Below are positions 58,701 through 64,000 of a stretch of DNA of 64,000 nt, in pieces. The stretch spans positions 81,012,397 to 81,076,396 of the forward strand of contig CM097887.1 of the NCBI GenBank assembly GCA_044892525.1. The letters are read 5' to 3'. The translations under genes were made by a program, and so were the position numbers. Each line of letters opens with the position of its first letter. The stretch's first letter is position 1. The notes beneath the pieces were generated by a model, which saw only the letters and a list, made by a program, of their open reading frames with translations, ran no database searches and was not told where the DNA came from. Source of the stretch: Schmidtea polychroa. Its lineage: Eukaryota.

Positions 58701-59068
58701 GAAAGAAGTTTCAGTAGAATGAAAATCACCAAAAATTATTTGCGATCAACAATGACAAACGAACGTCTGTCTGGATTAGCATTAATTTCAATAGAACGCG
58801 AACTGCCTGAGAACATTGACTCTGAATCGACTATAAATCGTTTTGCTTCAATGAAATCACGCAGAAAGCAATTTAAATAATAAAAAAAACTTGTATGTTT
58901 GTTACATCAATAAATTTACTAGCATAAATTTACTGAATATAATGCTTTTTAATAATATTAGTATTCACTCAATACTCGCGAAAATAAGTAGTACCATCTT
59001 CATAATTTGTGGCGCCCCCTGAAAATTTTCCTCGCCCCCCCACGCACCTAAATCTAAATCCGCCACTG
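55799..59068 (+). mobile_element. Full-length hAT element (3270 bp) with a disrupted ZMYM1-like transposase (56165-58880)
   Basis: TIRs CAGT(A/G)GCGGATTTAG and a perfect 8-bp TSD CTACTGAG. Transposase motifs RNWLVYS, GLPFRGH, LIVDSTIDIS, SDTRWASR and TSTTAERSFS are broken by stops and frameshifts. Confidence 0.95.
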
Positions 59069-59382
59069 CTACTGAGTATTAAAAAATAATTAACTTTTAA
59101 ATTTAATATTTCAATTTTAAATTACGTTTTTCGATTTCTCCTATATTTCTCATAATTACCGGCAATCTATCAATATTTAACTCATTTCTGAAAATGTTTT
59201 AAGTTGAAATTTCTAAATAAATAATAATTTACATTGCTCCCCTTGCTTCATTATTATACATAAATAGGTGGAATGTGATAAAACAATAGAAATAGCCTTA
59301 ATTGCATTTTTATAATTAAAAAATCCCTTAATAAATAATTGCTGCCATTATATTTTGTCCATCTGATTGTATTTTTATTATA

Positions 59383-62300
59383 CACCTAACCGCGAAAGTT
59401 AACATTGTCTATACACCTAACCGTGAAAGTTAACATTGTCTATAATATACGTTGGTGTGCACACCACCTGAGGTGAGTCACCAATTATATGACAATGTTA
59501 ACTTAATTTCATTTATTCAATTTTCCAAAAATCGTTTTAGGGTAAGTTTTTGAATTGAAGTAATTTTTAGGACTTGAATTTTGATTTTATATAATTATGA
59601 GATCATTATTCAAGTTCTTAAATATTACTGTTAGTCAGCATTTATAATATTGATAATATATAACAACGGTGGGCAAGTGCGGCTCTTAGAGCCGCATGCG
59701 GCTCTTCGTTGAGTAAACTGCGGCTCATTGATAATTGAATTCTTGATAATCGAATTCGATTTTTTATTTTGAAATTTTTCACTAAATGTTTTGAGAAAAA
59801 AATTTTTGTTGCAATTGTATTTTCATAAATGTCAAAAATTAACGAAACATTGTTTTTCACATTTTACTGCTTTTTAAAATTATTTTGTAGTAGGCGGCGC
59901 TTTGTTATAACAACGAGAGAGAAGCATCAAAAATAAATTTAGTGAATTTTGATTGGTTATTATTTTGTTTGTACAAGATTGCGGTCGTTTGTATATTTTA
60001 GTATAGTTTTCTATTCGTGTTTTTTGAAAAATTTGGTACCATAAATCTACTTCTATAGTTGAATTTTGGAAACTCGTACCAGAGGCAAAATATCCACACT
60101 TAAAACAAGCTGCTTGCCGTCTAATTTCAATTTTTGGTACAACATATTGTTGTGAATCTTTGTACTCCACAATGAAGTTCGTAAAGTCGAAATATCTTTC
60201 ACAGTTGACCAATCAGCATCTTACAGAATTGCTGCGAACAGCTTTAACAAAGTATACACCAAATTTCAAAGATTTGACCAAAAGTCTTCGTTAATTCAAG
60301 AAATTTTATTACTTTTTATTAATGGATTTTTATGTTTGTTACTTAATGTTTGAAATAATTATTTTGTTTTTTTTTAATAGCGTTTAAGTCTCTTTAATCA
60401 AATTAATGAAATAAAAAAAAATATGTACTTTACTATGGTGGCTCTGTAAAAAATAAATTTTCGGAAAATGGCTCTTATTGAACCCATGCGTGCCCACCCT
60501 TGATATATAACATTGATAATTAAATTTCAGGTGTTTTTTTAGGAATTTTATGGTATTTTATTTGGATTTATTTGGATTTATTTCGTAAAAATGTAAGTTA
60601 GATATTTTTATAATTATAAATAAGTAAAGTAATCACTAAACATTTATTTTTTAAAGACATTTAGTAAAGAATGGATAAAATATTTTTTAAGTTTTTGTAA
60701 TCTTCTTTCGAATTTTGTCTATTTCTGTAATTCTATGAAAATATTAATTTGTTAAAATAATTTATTAAAATTTACGATTTGCGATTTTTTTCCTGCAAAT
60801 TCAAAGATGTCGAAGGATCTTCTTCAATATCTGTAAATCTAAAGAAATTTTATAATCTAAATTATTTTATAATTAAATCTTACGATATATTTACTTCTTT
60901 TTCCCTAAAGCTCAAGGTAAAGCAGTCAGAATCTGATTCAAAAGTTTTTTTGTACATAATTTTTTAAATAATTTAAAAATATTGATATGTTAATTATATG
61001 TTAATCAATCTGAATTTCGCATGAAAAACACTTTACTTAATTTTGTATGTATTTTTCATTATGTGTGCTGTGCTTGTATGCTTAATTATTTTCTCTCACT
61101 TTTAGATTCCTATAATAAATATGTTAAATTTCGCGGCATTAAATTTCTACACACAGGTAAGTTTGTGTGTTCCTATAATATATATTTATTGATTTTTTTT
61201 TAGATTATAGATAATGTTATATTTCGCGGTTAGGTGTAATATACGTTGGTGTGCACACCACCTGAGGTGAGTCACCAATTATATGACAATGTTAACTTAA
61301 TTTCATTTATTCTATTTTTCAAAAATCATTTTAAGGTAAGTTTTTGAATTGAAGTAATTTTTAGGACTTGAATTTTGATTTTATATAATTATGAGATCAT
61401 TATTCAAGTTCTTAAATATTACTGTTAGTCATCATTTATAATTTATCATTTATAAATATATTAATAATTAAATTTCAGGTGTTTTTTTAGGAAATTTATG
61501 ATATTTTATGCATTAATATGGAATTATTTCGCTAAAATGTAAGTTAAATATTTTTATATTTATAAATAAATAAAGTAATCACCATACACATTTATTTTTT
61601 TAATACATTTAGGGAAAAATCGGCGTGCATGAACGAAATAGTTTTTTTAATTTTTATAATCTTAAATTTTTATAAGCATTTCTTCTAACGATGCATAAAA
61701 ATTGGCTTCGACAAAATCCAACAAATTATTTCCCTGTTCTTCTGAAATAATTTGTTTTCTGCCACTTCTTTTTCCTTTTGTAATTTCGGCATATTTCTTA
61801 TATTTGTAAATTATTGAAATAATTGAATTTTTGGGGATTCCGAGCAATCTTCCAAATTCTTTATAATTGTCCCCATTTTCAAATGCATTAATAAGCCGAA
61901 TTTTGTCTATTTCTGTAATTCTTTGAAAATATTAATTTGTTAAAATAATTTATTAAAATTTACGTTTGCGATTTTTTTCTTGAAAATTCGAAGTTGTCGA
62001 AGGACCTTCTTCAATATTTGAAATGGTACCTTCACGCAAAGAAATATCTGTTATACTGTAAAATATTTTAATATTTTATATTTTAATGAATAAATCTTAC
62101 ATTGTCAGATCTTCAACTTCGCAAAAACCCACTGTGTCCTGTGAAATATCTGTAAATCTAAAGAAATTTTATATTCCAAATTATTTTATAATTAAATCTT
62201 ACGATGTATCTTCTTTTTTTTCCCTAAAGCTCAACGTAGAGCAGTCGGAATCTGATTCAAAAGTTTTTTTGTACATAATTTTTTAAATAATTTAAAAATA

Positions 62301-62557
62301 TTGATATGTTAATTATATGTTAATCAATCTGAATTTCGCATGAAAAACACTTTACTTAATTTTGTATGTATTTTTCATTATGTGTGCTGTGCTTGTATGC
62401 TTAATTATTTTCTCTCACTTTTAGATTCCTATAATAAATATGTTAAATTTCGCGGCATTAAATTTCTACACACAGGTAAGTTTGTGTGTTCCTATAATAT
62501 ATATTTATTGATTTTTTTTTAGATTATAGATAATGTTATATTTCGCGGTTAGGTGTA
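59383..62557 (-). mobile_element. Head-to-tail pair of non-autonomous Tc1/IS630-like elements
   Basis: TACACCTAACCGCGAAA at ~59383 (locally doubled) and its reverse complement at ~61220 and ~62540. Long direct duplications: 59445-59640 = 61238-61430 and 60700-61237 ~ 61895-62557. A paired-like HTH remnant LLGIPKNSIISII...RSGRKQII lies at 61662-61920. Confidence 0.65.
59664..60502 (+). mobile_element. Non-autonomous Buster/SPIN-like hAT inserted in the Tc1-like element
   Basis: TIRs CAACGGTGGGCA / TGCCCACCCTTG and a perfect 8-bp TSD ATATATAA. The plus-strand remnant EFWKLVPEAKYPHL...FGTTYCCESLYSTMKFVKSKY..LTNQHL is the GTF2IRD2-like C-terminus. Confidence 0.88.
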
Positions 62558-64000
62558 GGGTTTTTGTGTGTAAGGTAAGTGTGTTTGTATTTTATTTTTC
62601 TCACCAAAATTATTCTTCTGCCTTTCTATAGTAAATGCCCCATAACCAATGCCAATAATATTTGTACTGGTTTCAAGTAAGTGCTTATTTTTTCTATACA
62701 TAATTAAATATTTCTTAATTTATGATTAAACGTACCGAAATTTAGGAGCTTTTGTGTCTAATCAAGGTTTATGTGTAAAACGAAATTATGACTCATAAAA
62801 CTCTGACAAATTTGTTTTTTGATGATTTTTTCAATTTAAAATAAATTATTATTATTTTTAAACTTAAATTTGAATATTTTCATTTTATTTTTGCTTTTTG
62901 TGCAAAATTGGCGAGGATTCACAAAAACAATGCTTTTTTTTAAGTTTATATTTAAAAGTTTGTAAATTATAAAGTTAAATAAACTTTTCGGTATTCATAA
63001 TAACTTTTTTAAATGAAATTCGACTAAATCCTTTACGGGTTTTTCTTTTTTCGACAACATATGGTAAGATTTTAGAGTTTATGGCATTAAATTGCAGTTG
63101 TATTTAGAAACAATAGTTTCAATTGTTGGGTCTTATTATTCGAGTATTGAATCTATAAAGTAGTCGGATTTGTAATTTTTCTACTGAATATTTATAAACC
63201 CAATATATGGATAGCGTCTGTATGGGAATTGTACGAGGTTTGTCATCTTTCATTAATGTAAATATTTTTTATTAATAGATGCCAAATATTCAGATACCTC
63301 TGCATTTTATGTTGAAAATATGCATTCGAAATTTGATATGAATTGTCATTTAAATGCAGTAAGAATCGACAGTAAACAATTCAGGTGTTCGGTAAACATA
63401 GGCCATTCATAGGCCATTCATAGGTCATTATTACACAAAAATCTATAAAATATAAGAAAAATTTTAAAATTATTACCAATTAACTTAAAAATTATAAGCT
63501 AATTAAATATTCAAAAAAGTAAAAATCAATATTTTTAGGAAGAAAAAACTTAGATCGGTGACAAATGAGAATCTGAAGACATGAAAAATAATTTTAAATT
63601 GATGAGAAAATCCTATGAGAGTCTAGCACCGAAAACAATAATTATCCTCATTAATGATTCAGAGAAACCCCATAAATCGCTGGAGAATTTTTGGAAATGT
63701 CAACCAAATTGGGATGTCAAGCGTAGATTAGACCAAAACATTGAGTAAAAATTCCTATCTACAATTTGTTAATATCTCAACACAATTAAAAACGGACACC
63801 CATCGGCGTCCGCTAGGGGGGGGGCACTTGCCCTCCCCTTGAATTTGCCAAACCATTCTATTTTTCGATTAATTTAAACACATTTTAATAGATGCGCTTA
63901 AACAATGTTGGAAAAACTCAAGACAAAAAAAATTTAATTTAAAGAGGCTTCCTGTTTTTTTAATGTTATTAATTATATCTGGAAATCAATGATTTCAAAT

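Overview
This is AT-rich animal (invertebrate-like) genomic DNA with short introns, four N gaps and dense transposon content. The main feature is a young ~14.7 kb Ty3/Gypsy LTR retrotransposon on the minus strand (32004-46666). It has 1147-bp LTRs in which I saw one mismatch, an ATAG target-site duplication (TSD) and a tRNA-Trp primer-binding site. Its layout is unusual: Gag, then one ~8.9 kb reading frame interrupted only by three TGA codons. That frame encodes an acidic linker, two ubiquitin-like domains, an AT-hook, a signal peptide plus chuvirus-like fusion glycoprotein, PR, RT, RNase H, an integrase lacking its catalytic core, and a second signal peptide plus FN3-like type I membrane protein ending in ETEV. 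A separate 3' ORF encodes a REX4/ISG20-like pseudo-exonuclease. The 3' end of a diverged relative (1-~2000, + strand) has the same integrase-membrane protein fusion, ending ETTV, but a different 3' accessory ORF. The rest holds hAT, pogo and Tc1 remnants, MITEs with perfect TSDs, a mini-LTR element and an orphan LTR. Host-type sequences include a Cys-rich LRAT-domain gene, a PAN/C-type lectin gene, MSP-domain exons, an Hsp90 N-terminal fragment and an innexin pseudo-exon. All domain calls are by eye from motifs and need HMM or structure confirmation.
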